A stretch of DNA of 64,000 nt. Origin: an uncultured Acidobacteriota bacterium (lineage in GTDB: Bacteria; Acidobacteriota; Vicinamibacteria; Fen-336). The notes beneath the pieces were generated by a model that ran no database searches, had not been told where the DNA came from, and saw only the letters and a program-made list of their open reading frames with translations. Positions 47,306 to 57,776 of this stretch are shown piece after piece. A program made the translations under genes and the position numbers. Position 1 is the first letter of the stretch, and every line of letters begins with the position of its first letter. The stretch covers positions 772,764-836,763 of the forward strand of contig CAVOPG010000001.1 of the NCBI GenBank assembly GCA_963697835.1, in the 5' to 3' direction.

Positions 47306-48146
47306 ATGCGCACGACACGGCTTTTCCCCGCGGTCATCCTCGCCTTGGCACCGCTGGCGTCCGCGCAGACGCCGCCGACCGGCGGGGCGGACCCCCGGGC
47401 CGGCCGGGGGTTCATCGCGACGCCGGTGTTCTCCGCGGAGGCGGACCAGCAGCTCCTCGCTCTCTTCGAGGGCCTGCGCGTCGCCGACGTGACCGACGGC
47501 ATGGACGCGGTGGGCCTGCCGAACGTGGGTCTCATGGACCCCGAGGTGCGGCCCGCTCTGGAAGGACACGCAGGACTTCACCCACCGCTTCATCGGGATC
47601 GCGGTCACCGCGCGCTACGTGCCGACGCAGCGCGCGCAGGCGGGGAAGCGGCCCGGTCGAGGAATACGACAAGTGGTCGGGAGAGTGGTACGACGCGCTC
47701 TCGCCCGAGCCGTTCCAGGACCTCCTCCGGCCCGGCACCGCCCTCGTCATCGACGACGCGGAGCGGGCCGACGTCGGCTCCATCGGCTCGAACAACATCC
47801 TGGCCTGGAAGAGCCGCGGGATGGTCGGCGTCGTCACGAACGCCACCGCCCGCGACACGGACGAGATCGTCACCGAGAAGGTGCCGCTCTACTTCCGCCG
47901 GCCGGGCCGCGGGATCCGGCCCGGCCGGAACGAGATCGAGTCGGTGAACCGCCCGATCGTCTGCGGCGGGGTGCTCGTCGTCCCGGGCGACGTGATCGTG
48001 GCCGACGGCGACGGCGTCCTCGTCGTCCCCCGCGCCGTCGCCGCCGAGGTGGCCCGCTACGCGAAGCGCATCCTCGAGACGACAAGGACGGCCGGCGCCA
48101 GCTCTACGAGAAGCTGGGCCTGCCCCCCGATCCTTCCATCAAGTAG
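47306..48146 (+). CDS. RraA/HMG-aldolase-family protein with signal peptide (frameshifted)
   Basis: LRVADVTDGMD, IGIAVT, IGSNN, ARDTDE, PGDVIVADGDGVLVVPR. Confidence 0.82.
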
Positions 48147-50265
48147 ACGAGAGGCCGGCCGTAGCCCCGCCTCCGGCTCCTCCCCGTCGGAGCAGGAGGA
48201 AGACGGCGAGGTAGAAGAGCAGGGCGACGGCGAGCAGGAAGCGGAAGCCGAGGATGAGCGAGAGGTACTCCGCCGTCCCCCCGAGGACTGCGCCGAGGAC
48301 GTTCGAGCCGTAGGCCTCGTAGAGGCGGGTCTCGTTCTCGATGAGCCGCGCGAAGATCAGGCCGCCGAAGTAGACCGGTCCCAGGAAGAGAGCCACGGCG
48401 GCGATCGCCCGCGCCCCGGGGGAGAGCCCGAGGAGCGCGTCGGCGGGCAGGATCGACGCGGCCAGGATGAGGCCGGCGAGGAGCGCCACGCAGGCGCCGA
48501 TGGGCACCCGCCACCGGGCGGCGGTGAGGTTGCCCAGCAGGACGAGGACGAGGATCCCGGCGAACACCACGGTGTTGACCCACCACGTGGAGCCGTAGAG
48601 GAGCGCCATGCGCACCACGTTGCTCGTCTCCAGCAGGAAGAATGCGGCGCCGAGGAAGAAGTAGGGCAGGCGGACCCGGCGCTCGCCGCGGGGGAGCACG
48701 AGGAGGGAGGCGGCGCTCATCGCCACCGCCACGAGCAGGAAGAAGACGTTGTGGCCGGGAATGCCCCGCTCGCGCAGGTACAGGAACGGCCAGTCGTCGG
48801 TCGGCACGAGGGCACGGCGGCGGGGGATCTCGGCGGGAAGGGAGCGCTCGTTAAGGTAGAGGACGCCGTTGGCGTAGCCCTTCCGGTCGGTCGTGAACAG
48901 GGTGGGGCGGGAGAAGCTGCGATCGAGGAGGGCGAGGAGCCGCTCGTGGATCCACGCCTCGTTGCTCGCGAAGCTCAAGGCGACGCGCCCGCCCGGGGCG
49001 AGGAGCCGCCGCACCTCGGCCATCGCCTCCTGCGTGTAGATGAAGTTGTCGAGGCGCACCGAGGAGAAGGCGGACAGCAGGCGGTGGCTGTCCAGGAAGC
49101 CGAAGACCACGAGCGCGTACCGGCCGCTCGGGGCCCGATGGAAGTAGGACCGCGCGTCGTCGATCACGAGGGTGACGCGGGGGTCCTCGTAGGGCCGCTC
49201 GGCATGGAGCCTCCGCCCGAGGGCGGCGATGGCGGGGTCGATCTCCACCGCGGTCACCGGCCTGTCCGTCCGGCGCAACGCCGCCGCCACGTCGTTCCCG
49301 GTGCCGGCTCCCACCACCAGCACGTCGCCCGGGGGCAACGCCCCCATCCCCGCGTAGTCCGCGTACGGTGCGTCGTAGAACGACCGCCACCCGGACAGGA
49401 AGGCGTGCTCCCGCGGGCGCGGCCGGAGGTCGAGCATCATCTGGTGGTAGTCGCTGTTCACCGTCACCACGTGGCCCACCGTCCCTCCGAGCTCGACGAA
49501 GCCGTGGCTGTCGGCATCCAGGACCCGGGTGAGCGGCGCGACCGAGATGCGGTAGTAGGGGGACCAGACGTAGCGCTGCGACTCCGTGTGGGTGGCCGCC
49601 ACGAGGGCCACCCCGAGGAGCGCGGCGAGGGCTCCGTCCGGCAGGGGCCGGGGCAGCATGAGCACCAGGAGGAGCGTGCCGACGGCAAACCACGCGGCGG
49701 GCGAGGTCTGCCACCAGGACAGGAGCGCGAAGAGGCCGATCCCCGCCAGGCTGCCCGCGACCTCCATGCTGTAGGCGCGCAGCGGCGGGTGCGTGCGGAA
49801 GAGCCGGCCCAGGTACTGGCCGAACGCGGCGAAGACGGCGGCGGTGGCGCCGTAGACGAGGACGAGGACGAGGCCGACGGAGACGATCCGGCTCGCCTCC
49901 GCTCCCGGCGAGGCGATGCCCAGCGGCGCCCCGATCCAGATGTACTCGTCGCGACCGGACGGGTTCGGGTGCCACAGCCGGCCGAGCCAGACGCCGAGCA
50001 TGGTCACGAGAGCGGCGAGCGGCGCGATCAGCCGCTCGAGGCGTACCGGGTAGCGCGTGGCGAGGGCCCCGACGCCGAGGCCGAAGAAGGCGGAGATCAG
50101 GACCAGGTTCGAGAAGTAGGCCACGATCCGGATCGACGCCCCCAGCCAGCGGATGAGGACGAGCTCCCAGAAGAGCGCCGCCATCCCGCAGAGGAACAAT
50201 CGGCTCGCGTTCGCGTCCCACCCGCGGCGCGGCGGCACGGTGTCGGCGTCGGGATCGCTGGTCAT
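48139..50265 (-). CDS. Multi-TM spermidine-synthase-like SAM-dependent methyltransferase
   Basis: WELVLIRW, WSPYYRI, VLVVGAGTGNDV, VEIDP, DDAR, PTDDWPFLY, YGSNVLGA. Confidence 0.85.
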   Translation of the reverse strand: MTSDPDADTVPPRRGWDANASRLFLCGMAALFWELVLIRWLGASIRIVAYFSNLVLISAFFGLGVGALATRYPVRLERLIAPLAALVTMLGVWLGRLWHPNPSGRDEYIWIGAPLGIASPGAEASRIVSVGLVLVLVYGATAAVFAAFGQYLGRLFRTHPPLRAYSMEVAGSLAGIGLFALLSWWQTSPAAWFAVGTLLLVLMLPRPLPDGALAALLGVALVAATHTESQRYVWSPYYRISVAPLTRVLDADSHGFVELGGTVGHVVTVNSDYHQMMLDLRPRPREHAFLSGWRSFYDAPYADYAGMGALPPGDVLVVGAGTGNDVAAALRRTDRPVTAVEIDPAIAALGRRLHAERPYEDPRVTLVIDDARSYFHRAPSGRYALVVFGFLDSHRLLSAFSSVRLDNFIYTQEAMAEVRRLLAPGGRVALSFASNEAWIHERLLALLDRSFSRPTLFTTDRKGYANGVLYLNERSLPAEIPRRRALVPTDDWPFLYLRERGIPGHNVFFLLVAVAMSAASLLVLPRGERRVRLPYFFLGAAFFLLETSNVVRMALLYGSTWWVNTVVFAGILVLVLLGNLTAARWRVPIGACVALLAGLILAASILPADALLGLSPGARAIAAVALFLGPVYFGGLIFARLIENETRLYEAYGSNVLGAVLGGTAEYLSLILGFRFLLAVALLFYLAVFLLLRRGGAGGGATAGLSST

Positions 50266-50428
50266 GCGGCCCAGGATAGCCGACCGAGCCCCCGGATCGG
50301 ACAAGCCGGGGTCAGCGACAGGCCGGGCCGCAGCGGGACGCCCGCTCCGGGACGTGTTGAGCGCCCGAACTCGTTCTTAATCTAGTCATCCAGCGCGCGG
50401 TGTGGCGCGTCCAATACGCGTCCATCCC

Positions 50429-50459
50429 TTGACTTGGTGGCGGATGCCGGGGCTAGGCT
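50429..50459 (+). promoter_or_regulatory. Putative sigma-70 promoter of leader 1
   Basis: TTGACT-N19-TAGGCT, 14 nt before the ATG at 50474. Confidence 0.5.
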
Positions 50460-50473
50460 GTTGTCAACATCCC

Positions 50474-50761
50474 ATGTTGTGCTTGAAGCGCAAGGCGAGC
50501 CTCGCCCTCGTCGCGGCGGTCCTGCTGGCAGCCCTCGCCGGCGGGTTCGTCGGCGACTTCCTCCACACGGACGACGGCTGCACGTTGGAGACGCACTGCC
50601 TCGCGTGTCAACGGGCAGTCGGGTCGCTGGCCGTCGTCGTCGCGAACCTCGGGGTCCCGGCGACGCTCCAGCCCCTCGGACGCGTCAGCGACCCGCCCAC
50701 CGTCGCCCTCGCCCCCGCCGCGATCCGCACCGGGGTCCCCCGGGGTCCTCCTCAGGCCTAG
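50474..50761 (+). CDS. Leader ORF 1: DUF2946/CruR-like putative metal-sensing arrest peptide (95 aa)
   Basis: Hydrophobic N-terminus, HTDDGCTLETHCLAC, 44-aa spacer, C-terminal RGPPQA; lies upstream of a TBDR. Confidence 0.8.
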   Translation: MLCLKRKASLALVAAVLLAALAGGFVGDFLHTDDGCTLETHCLACQRAVGSLAVVVANLGVPATLQPLGRVSDPPTVALAPAAIRTGVPRGPPQA

Positions 50762-50849
50762 CTCCCGAAGAGAGCGGCTGGCTCCGCCAGCCAGGGGCGC
50801 TCTTCCCGAAGAGGGGAGCGCACGGCCTTTTTCGTCGCTAGCTGAGGAG
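50748..50849 (+). promoter_or_regulatory. Putative SD-sequestering RNA structure
   Basis: CTCCTCAG (50748-55) is the reverse complement of CTGAGGAG (50842-49). Nested stems GCTCCC/GGGAGC and GGCTGGC/GCCAGCC lie between them. Confidence 0.65.
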
Positions 50850-50859
50850 TTGTCCAACC

Positions 50860-53309
50860 ATGCGGTCCATTCCCACGCGTTTCGTCGCATTCGCCCTCGC
50901 CCTGCTGTTCCCGGCGCTGGCCGCTCGCGAAGCCCATGCCGCCGCCGGCTCCATCCGCGGACACGTTCTCGGTCCCGACGGGCGCGCCGTGTCCGGTGCG
51001 ATCGTCGAGCCTTCGAAACGACATCACCGGCTTCAAGACCGAGACCACGACCGACGCCGCCGGCGCGTACCAGTTCTTCAACGTGCCCTTCAACCCGTAC
51101 GAGATCCACGTCGAGGTCCAGGGCTTCGCGCCCGTCCACCGGCCGGTCGACGTGAGGTCGCCCGTTCCACTCGATGTCCCGATCTCGCTCAAGCTCGCCG
51201 GCGTCAAGGAGGCGGTGACCGTGACCGCCGAGAAGACCGCGGCGCAGCTCGAGACGGACACGTCGATGTCGCACGTGGACATCGACAAGTCCTACATCGC
51301 CCGCGCCCCGGCGAGCGTCGCCTCGCGGGCCATGGAGGAGCTGATCACCGCCACCCCCGGCTTCGCCAAGGACGAGAACGGACGCTACCACTTCCAGGGC
51401 TTCCACAGCCAGGGCCAGTTCGTGATCGACGGGCAGACGATCTCGGACCAGACGGGCGTCACGTTCTCGAACTCGATCGACCCCGGCATCGCCCAGTCGA
51501 TGGAGGTCATCTACGGGAACGTCCCCGCCGAGTACGGCGAGAAGGTCGGCACCGTCGTCAACCTGGCCACGAAGTCCGGCCTCGGCACTCCCTTCCACGG
51601 CGATGTCTACGGCGGCGCCGCCCGCTACGCCACCTACGAGGGCGGCCTCGCCCTCGGGGGCGGATCGCGGAACCTGGCGGCCTTCGCCTCGCTCAACGGC
51701 TCGTGGTCCGACCGCTTCCTGGATCCGGTGAACTTCGACAGCCTGCACAACACCGGCGACACCCAGCGCGGCTTCCTGCGCCTCGACTACGCCTCCGACG
51801 ACCTCCGGGACCAGGTGCGCTTCACCGTGCTCGCCGGCCGGACGAACCGCGACGTGCCGAACACCTTCACGCAGGAGGACGCCGGCCAGGACCAGCAGGT
51901 GAGGAGCCGGGACCAGAACTACAACCTGGGCTGGACGCACCTCGTGTCGACCAAGGCCACGCCTCGACGCGAGCGCCTTCGGCCGGGTGTCCACCTTCGA
52001 GCTCCTGCCCTCGGCCGGCGACACGCCGGTCACCGCGACCTCGGACCGCAGCCTCGACAACTACGGCCTGAACGCGGCGGTGACCTGGGTTCCGAACCCG
52101 CACCACGAGGTGAAGGTGGGAGGCGTCGTCAAGCGGTTCCCGATCGACGAGACGTTCAGCTTCGGCCTGACCGACCCCGGCTTCAACGATCCCGAGGCCG
52201 ACGGCTACAACCCCGACCTGGCGCCCTACGATCTCACCCGCGGCGGCCAGCCGCTCTTCTTCCAGGACAAGAGGACCGGCACGTACGCGGCCGGCTTCGT
52301 CCAGGACAACGTCCACTACGGCGGGCTCACCGCCAACCTCGGCCTACGCTACGACCACAACAACCTGCCGACGACCGAGGACCAGCTCCAGCCGCGCGTC
52401 GGCCTGGCCTACTACGTCAAGGCGAGCGGGACGGTGCTGCGGGCGTCGTACAACCGGATCTTCGTCACCCCCGAGTACGAGAACATCCTCTTCGGCTCGT
52501 CGGAGCTGGCCGCTTCCGTCGTCCCTCCCGAGGTCAAGGACTCGCGCGAGCTGGGCGGAGGGGTGCTGCTCAACCGCTCGGAGCGCCAGAACGCCTACCT
52601 GGTGGGCGTGCAGCAGGCGATCGGGCCGAGGCTCCGTCTCGACGCCGACTTCTGGTGGCGCCGGGCGACGTACCCGGCCGACCAGGACCAGTTCCTGAAC
52701 ACCGGGATCGTCTTCCCGATCACGTTCACCGAAGGCCGCCACAACGGCTGGGACGTCCGTCTCGACCTCGCACCGACGCACGGCGTCCGCGGCTTCGTGT
52801 CCCTCGGCCACACCCACGCCGTCTACGTGCCGCCGCCGGTGGGCGGGCTCTTCCTGGACGTGGAGGCGATCGACGCCATCACCGGCGGGCCGTTCCTGAT
52901 CGACCACGACCAGAAGCTCCAGGCCCAGGGCCAGCTCTTCTGGGACCTCGGGAGAAGCGGGGCCTGGCTCGGCGCCAACGTGCGCTACGACTCCGGCCTC
53001 GTGACCGACGCCGACCCCGAGGAGCTGCGGCAGAACCCCGACGACTTCTTCGCCGCGCCCTACGTCGTGGTCCACACCGGCGGCGATCTCGATCCGAACC
53101 GGATCAAGGAGCGGACGATCGCGAGCTTCTCCGCCGGCCTCGACCTCGCCCGGCACGGCGTGCCGCTGTCGCTCCAGGCCGACCTGCTGAACGCCTTCGA
53201 CACCCAGGGCGTCTACAACATCCAGTCGGTCTTCGGCGGCACGCACGTGATCCCGCCGCGGACGCTGGCCGTGCGGCTGCGCTACCGCTTCGGCGGCAAG
53301 CGGAGCTGA
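50860..53309 (+). CDS. TonB-dependent receptor (frameshifts near 51010 and 51960)
   Basis: Signal peptide, carboxypeptidase-regulatory-like domain, DENGRYHFQGFH, IDGQTISDQ, NLGLRYD, PRVGLAY, GGTHVIPPR. Confidence 0.9.
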
Positions 53310-53325
53310 AGCGATATCGCTGCCT

Positions 53326-53353
53326 GCAGGGGGCGGCTTGTTCCGCCCCCTGC
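53326..53353. terminator. Hairpin between convergent units
   Basis: GCAGGGGGCGG-CTTGTT-CCGCCCCCTGC, 11-bp perfect stem; no clear U-tract. Confidence 0.55.
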
Positions 53354-53381
53354 CGCCGGCAAAAAGTCGCGGAGCGGCGGC

Positions 53382-54253
53382 TCAACGCCCGGTGGTGACC
53401 GCGTCGGTCGCGGCCCCGCCGGCCTGAGCCTTGGCGTAGTCGAGCTGGCTGCCCCGCAGGCTGTGGGGGACGAGGTAGACCGCGATCATCACGAGCGCGG
53501 CGGCGACGGTCGTCCACCGAGCGACGCGGTCGGTCGGATCCTGGCGCCGCCCCAGCACGACGACGGCCGCCACCCAGGCCAGCCACATCCCGAGCGTCTT
53601 GTTGTCGGTCAGGTCGGTGCCGAACGGCCAGCCCGTCCAGAAGGCCCCGAAGGCGTACTTCTGGACGATCGGGCCCAGGACGAGCCCGCCGATCGCGATT
53701 CCCACGACCGCGACCCACGCGTATCGCCGGGACTCGGGCCGGCCGAGGACCGCGGCGAGAGCGGCCCGGACCCCGATCATCATCGACACGAACATCGTCA
53801 CCACGTGCGGGATCAGCACGAGGGCCGGCACGTCGCCCTTGAAGCGCATGACGACGGGCTCGCCTTCCGGGCACCCGGACCGGCCCGGTGGGCGTCGCGA
53901 GCGTGACGAAGTACTCGACCTTCCCGGCCGGCGGCTGGGTCGGCAGGAGGGCCGCGAGCGTTCCGCCCTCGCGGCTCATCGCCACGTCGCGGAACGGCTC
54001 GCCGGTGCGGGTAGCGCCGGTAGTGCACGACGCCCGCGACGCCGTCGGGCGCCGAGATCGCCACCATGAACGGCTCGCCCGAGACCGACGAGCGCAGGAG
54101 GCGCCACCGCACGTCCTGCCCGGCGATCTCGGTCCGACCGCGACGCGGGTGGGTGGGCCCGGTGAGGCGCTGCCAGACGGCGGCGGCCACCATGAGAGCG
54201 AGCGCGGCGAGCCAGAGGAGGGCGGCCGATCGGTGGCTTCGCGGGTCAGGCAC
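53382..54253 (-). CDS. Conserved hypothetical membrane protein (frameshifted)
   Basis: WQRLTGPTHP, LPTQPPAGKVEY, RFKGDVP, LIPH, GPIVQKYAFGAFWTGWPFGTDLTDNK, PHS. Confidence 0.75.
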
Positions 54254-54290
54254 CGGCGAAAAGTAGCACGGCTTCGATCGTCGGGGAAGG

Positions 54291-55139
54291 TCAGGCCGGC
54301 TGCGCGGCGCCTCGCCGGAGGAGCGGCCTCACCGCCGCCATGAGGATCAGGACGAGGCCGAAGGTGCAGACCATGGCCGCCCCGGTGGGCAGGTCCAGCT
54401 TCACCGAGAGGTAGATGCCGAGGGCGGAGACGACCGTTCCCATCGTCCAGCCGATCGCGAGGCGCGGGCCGATGCGGTCGGCGTAGAGCATGGCCGCCAC
54501 CGAGGGCACGATCAGGTAGCAGAAGACGAGCAGCACCCCGGCGATGAGCACCGACGAGGTCACCACGAAGCCGAAGGAGGCGTAGAAGAGGAAGTCCCAG
54601 AACTTGACGGAGATCCCGTCGCGCTCGGCCTTCTCGTGGTCCATGGAGATGGCCAGGAACTGCCGGCGGAAGACGTAGTGGAAGGCCCCGATGACCGCGT
54701 AGAGGGCCGCGGTCTTGGCCACCTCCCACCACGAGACGGCCAGGATGTTGCCGACCAGCATGTCCTTGAGGTGCTCGCTCTCCGAGGTGGCCTTGCTCAT
54801 CGCCAGGATCGTGGCGGCGGAGGCCACCGCGTAGGCGATGCCGATGATGGCCTCCTGGGGGATGCGGGCCCGGCGGATCCTGATCGTCGAGAAGATGGCC
54901 GCCCCGATGAAGGTGAAGACGAGGCCCGTCCAGTAGACCCAGGGCCCGTGGGGGTCCTGCCCGGTGAAGGGAAGCAGGATCGCGATGGTCGAGCCGAGGG
55001 CCGCGATCTGGGCGAGGGAGAGGTCGACGAAGATGACGCCGCGCTCGACCACGTGCACGCCGAGGTAGGCGTGGATGCCGGTGAGGATCAGGCTGGCCAC
55101 GAAGGGAGCGGCCAGGAACTTCAGGATTTCGAGGTCCAT
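54291..55139 (-). CDS. Metal ABC-3-type permease (ZnuB/MntB-like)
   Basis: HAYLGVHVVERGVIFVDLSLAQIAALG, QEAIIG, GVLLVFCYLIVP, DLPTG. Confidence 0.9.
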   Translation of the reverse strand: MDLEILKFLAAPFVASLILTGIHAYLGVHVVERGVIFVDLSLAQIAALGSTIAILLPFTGQDPHGPWVYWTGLVFTFIGAAIFSTIRIRRARIPQEAIIGIAYAVASAATILAMSKATSESEHLKDMLVGNILAVSWWEVAKTAALYAVIGAFHYVFRRQFLAISMDHEKAERDGISVKFWDFLFYASFGFVVTSSVLIAGVLLVFCYLIVPSVAAMLYADRIGPRLAIGWTMGTVVSALGIYLSVKLDLPTGAAMVCTFGLVLILMAAVRPLLRRGAAQPA

Positions 55140-56058
55140 CTACTTCGCCCCCGTTTCCTTGATCACCGCGACGAGCAGCTTGAGGTCGTAGTCGAAGAGC
55201 GCGATGTAGTCCGTGATCTCCTTCTCGCCCCCGACCGAGGGCGGCATCACGAGCACCTTGGCGCCGGTCTCGCGGCCGATCGACTGCGGCGTCTTGAGGT
55301 CGAAGTAGGGCTCGACGAGCAGGATCTTCACGTTCTGCCGCTTCATCTCGCCGATCAGCTCGATCGTGTGGCCGGGCGAGGGCGGGATGCCGGGCCGCGG
55401 CTCGACGTAGCCGATCACGTCCAGGCCGAAGCGATCGGCGAAGTTGGGCCAGGAGCGGTGGTAGGTCACGACCTTCAGGCCCTTGTAGGGGGCCATCATG
55501 CGCGTCCCACCGCTTCTCGGCTTCGGCCAGCCGCTTGTCGAAGTCGGCGTAGCGGGTCGCGAAGTAGGCCGCGTCGGCGGGCGCCATGCGGGCGAGCTTG
55601 TCCGCGATCGCCTTCGCGATGCGCCGGCCGTTGTCCGGGTCGAGCCAGTAGTGCGGGTTCCCGAGGGGGTGGACGTCGCCCATCGCGCGGGTGATCTGGC
55701 CGGTGGGGATCTCGAGGATCTTCGCGGTGAGCGAGGCGTCGAGGTAGCCGTCCGCCCCCACCTGGATCTTCGCGTTGCGGCTCTGCTGGATGAGCGGCGG
55801 CAGCCAGCCGATCTCCAGCTCCCGGCCCACGGCCACGAGGAGGTCGGCCTTGGCGAGCTTCAGGATGAAGCTGGGCTTGGCCTCGACGAAGTGCGGGTCC
55901 TGGTAGCCGCGGGCGATCGTCTCCACCTTGACCCGGTCGCCGCCCACCTGGCGGGTGAGGTCGGCCAGGTCCTCGGTGCTGGCGATGACGTTGACGGCGG
56001 CGCCGGCCGGCGGCACGACGGCCAGGGCGGCGAGAGTGGCGATGCTCAGGAGTCTCAT
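55140..56058 (-). CDS. Metal ABC substrate-binding protein (ZnuA/TroA cluster A-I-like); frameshift near 55500
   Basis: QDPHF, GDVHPLGNPHYWLDP, TYHRSW, EPRPGIPPSPGH. Confidence 0.9.
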
Positions 56059-56070
56059 GGCGACCTCGAT

Positions 56071-57390
56071 CTAGAAGGGATGGGCGCCGTGGGCGCCGAT
56101 CGCGAAGAGGAACTGGAAGAGAAGCTCGTCGGCCGGGCTGTCGTTCGGCGAAGCTCGTGCGGCGGTACTGGGCGCGGACCAGGCTGAACTCGCTCGGCCA
56201 GTAGGTCAGGATGAACGAGCCGCCCGTGTCCCGGAGCCCGGGCGCGTCGGCCCGCTCCGAGTTGTCGTAGCGAAGGCCGGCGGTCCAGCGCCTCCCGAAC
56301 TGGTACTCGAGGAAGCCATAGCCGCCGACGGCGTCGACCGCCTCCGGCTGCTCCCGGCGGCTCCACGTCACCTCGCCGCGCGCGAGGAAGTGCGTGTAGA
56401 TCGAGCGTCGCAGGGGCTTCCACCGCAGCGTGGCGTCGACGCCGAGGAGGCGCGTCGTGGTGTCGTCGGTGACGCCGTTGTGGCCGTACGCGATCGAGCC
56501 GCCGAGGTCGACGTTGGTCGACTCGCCGAGGTCCTGGTAGGCGCGCAGGTGGCCGACGTAGGCGAGGTCGCCTCGCGTCGGGGCCTTGAACACCTCGGAG
56601 TTGCCCTGGTAGACCTGACCGGTCGCCTCCAGGAAGAGCCACGGGTTCGGGATGAGGCGGGCGACCGAGATCCCGGCGTCCGCGAGGCCGTCCTCGCCGC
56701 CGAGTGAGGTTCGTCGACACGAGAGGCCGGTCGAGCGAACGGGAGCGTGTGCGGGTGCTGCCCGTTCACCTTGCCGAAGGCGTCGCGCATCTTCCCGACC
56801 TTCGTGAGGAAGCCGCCGGGGAGGGTCGGGAACGTGATGTAGCCCTCCTCGAGCGCCACCTCGTCCGGCGCCAAGGTGACGAAGAAGTCGGCCCGCGCGT
56901 ACGGATCGACGACGGCCTGGAAGGCGAGCTCCGCCTCCTGCATGTTGAGCGACGGCTCCCCGCCTCCCGGCGACTGGCCGGCGGCTCCGACGAAGTTGCC
57001 GATGGCCGCGATGTCGGGGTTGAAGACCTTCGAGGCGGCGGCTCCGCCCCCGTAGACGGGAAGCGCGCCCGGGGTGCCCTCGCCCGCGGCACCCGGCGGG
57101 ACGGCCGCCGTCGCCGGTTGCGACGTCGGCTCAGGAGGCGGCGGGGCCGGCGGGGCGGCGGGGGTTCCCTCGAGCGCCGCGATCCGGGACTCGATCGCCG
57201 CCATGCGGCTGCCGTACTCCTGGCGCAGGGCCTCGAGATCGTGCCTCAGCTGGGAGATCTCCTCGCCGGCGGGGGGCGCGGCGCTCTGTGCCGGCGGGCT
57301 CTCGGCGGCACCGCCGGAGCGGGGGGCAACGACCGTCAGGACGCTGCCGGCCAGGGTGAAGGCCGTGACGACGCGAGGCCATCGACGCAT
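56071..57390 (-). CDS. Outer-membrane beta-barrel protein with His-containing C-terminus (frameshifted)
   Basis: Signal peptide, coiled coil, FNPDIAAIG, EAELAFQAVVDPY, EEGY, FGKVNGQHPH, PSEFS, C-terminal IGAHGAHPF. Confidence 0.82.
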
Positions 57391-57486
57391 GTGTCCCTCG
57401 AGCACGGAACCGGATCCCATCGATGCCCGATCCCGGCCGCGCTGTGAAGAGCGGCGGCCGGGTCCGGCCGGAGCGGACTGGAACGG

Positions 57487-57763
57487 TCAGGCGCGGGGGC
57501 GGCCCGCGCGACGAGACGCTGCGGGGGGCTTCGTCTTCGAGCGATGGCGGGAGCACGGGGGCGACCCGGTCCACGGCGGCCACGACCCGCGGCAGGGAGA
57601 ACGCCTCCGTCACGACGCCGGGGGTTCCGAGCCTGAGGAGACAGGCGTTGCAGTGCGTCTCGACGACGCAGCCGTCGTCCGAGTGGACGAGCGACTCTTC
57701 GAGAATCGCTACGGCCACGCCGAGCAGGACGAGCGCGACGACGACCAGTCTCCTGGGCTGCAT
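57487..57763 (-). CDS. Leader ORF 2: paralogue of leader 1 (RGPPRA-stop if one G of the run at 57495-99 is removed)
   Basis: Hydrophobic N-terminus, HSDDGCVVETHCNAC, 44-aa spacer, RGPP. Confidence 0.78.
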
Positions 57764-57776
57764 TCGGGACCAGTCA

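Noticed and set aside
53104-56058. 984-aa ORF starting with the metal-binding protein
   Set aside because: It is read-through after a frameshift near 55500; the true C-terminus is the 55140-55499 frame
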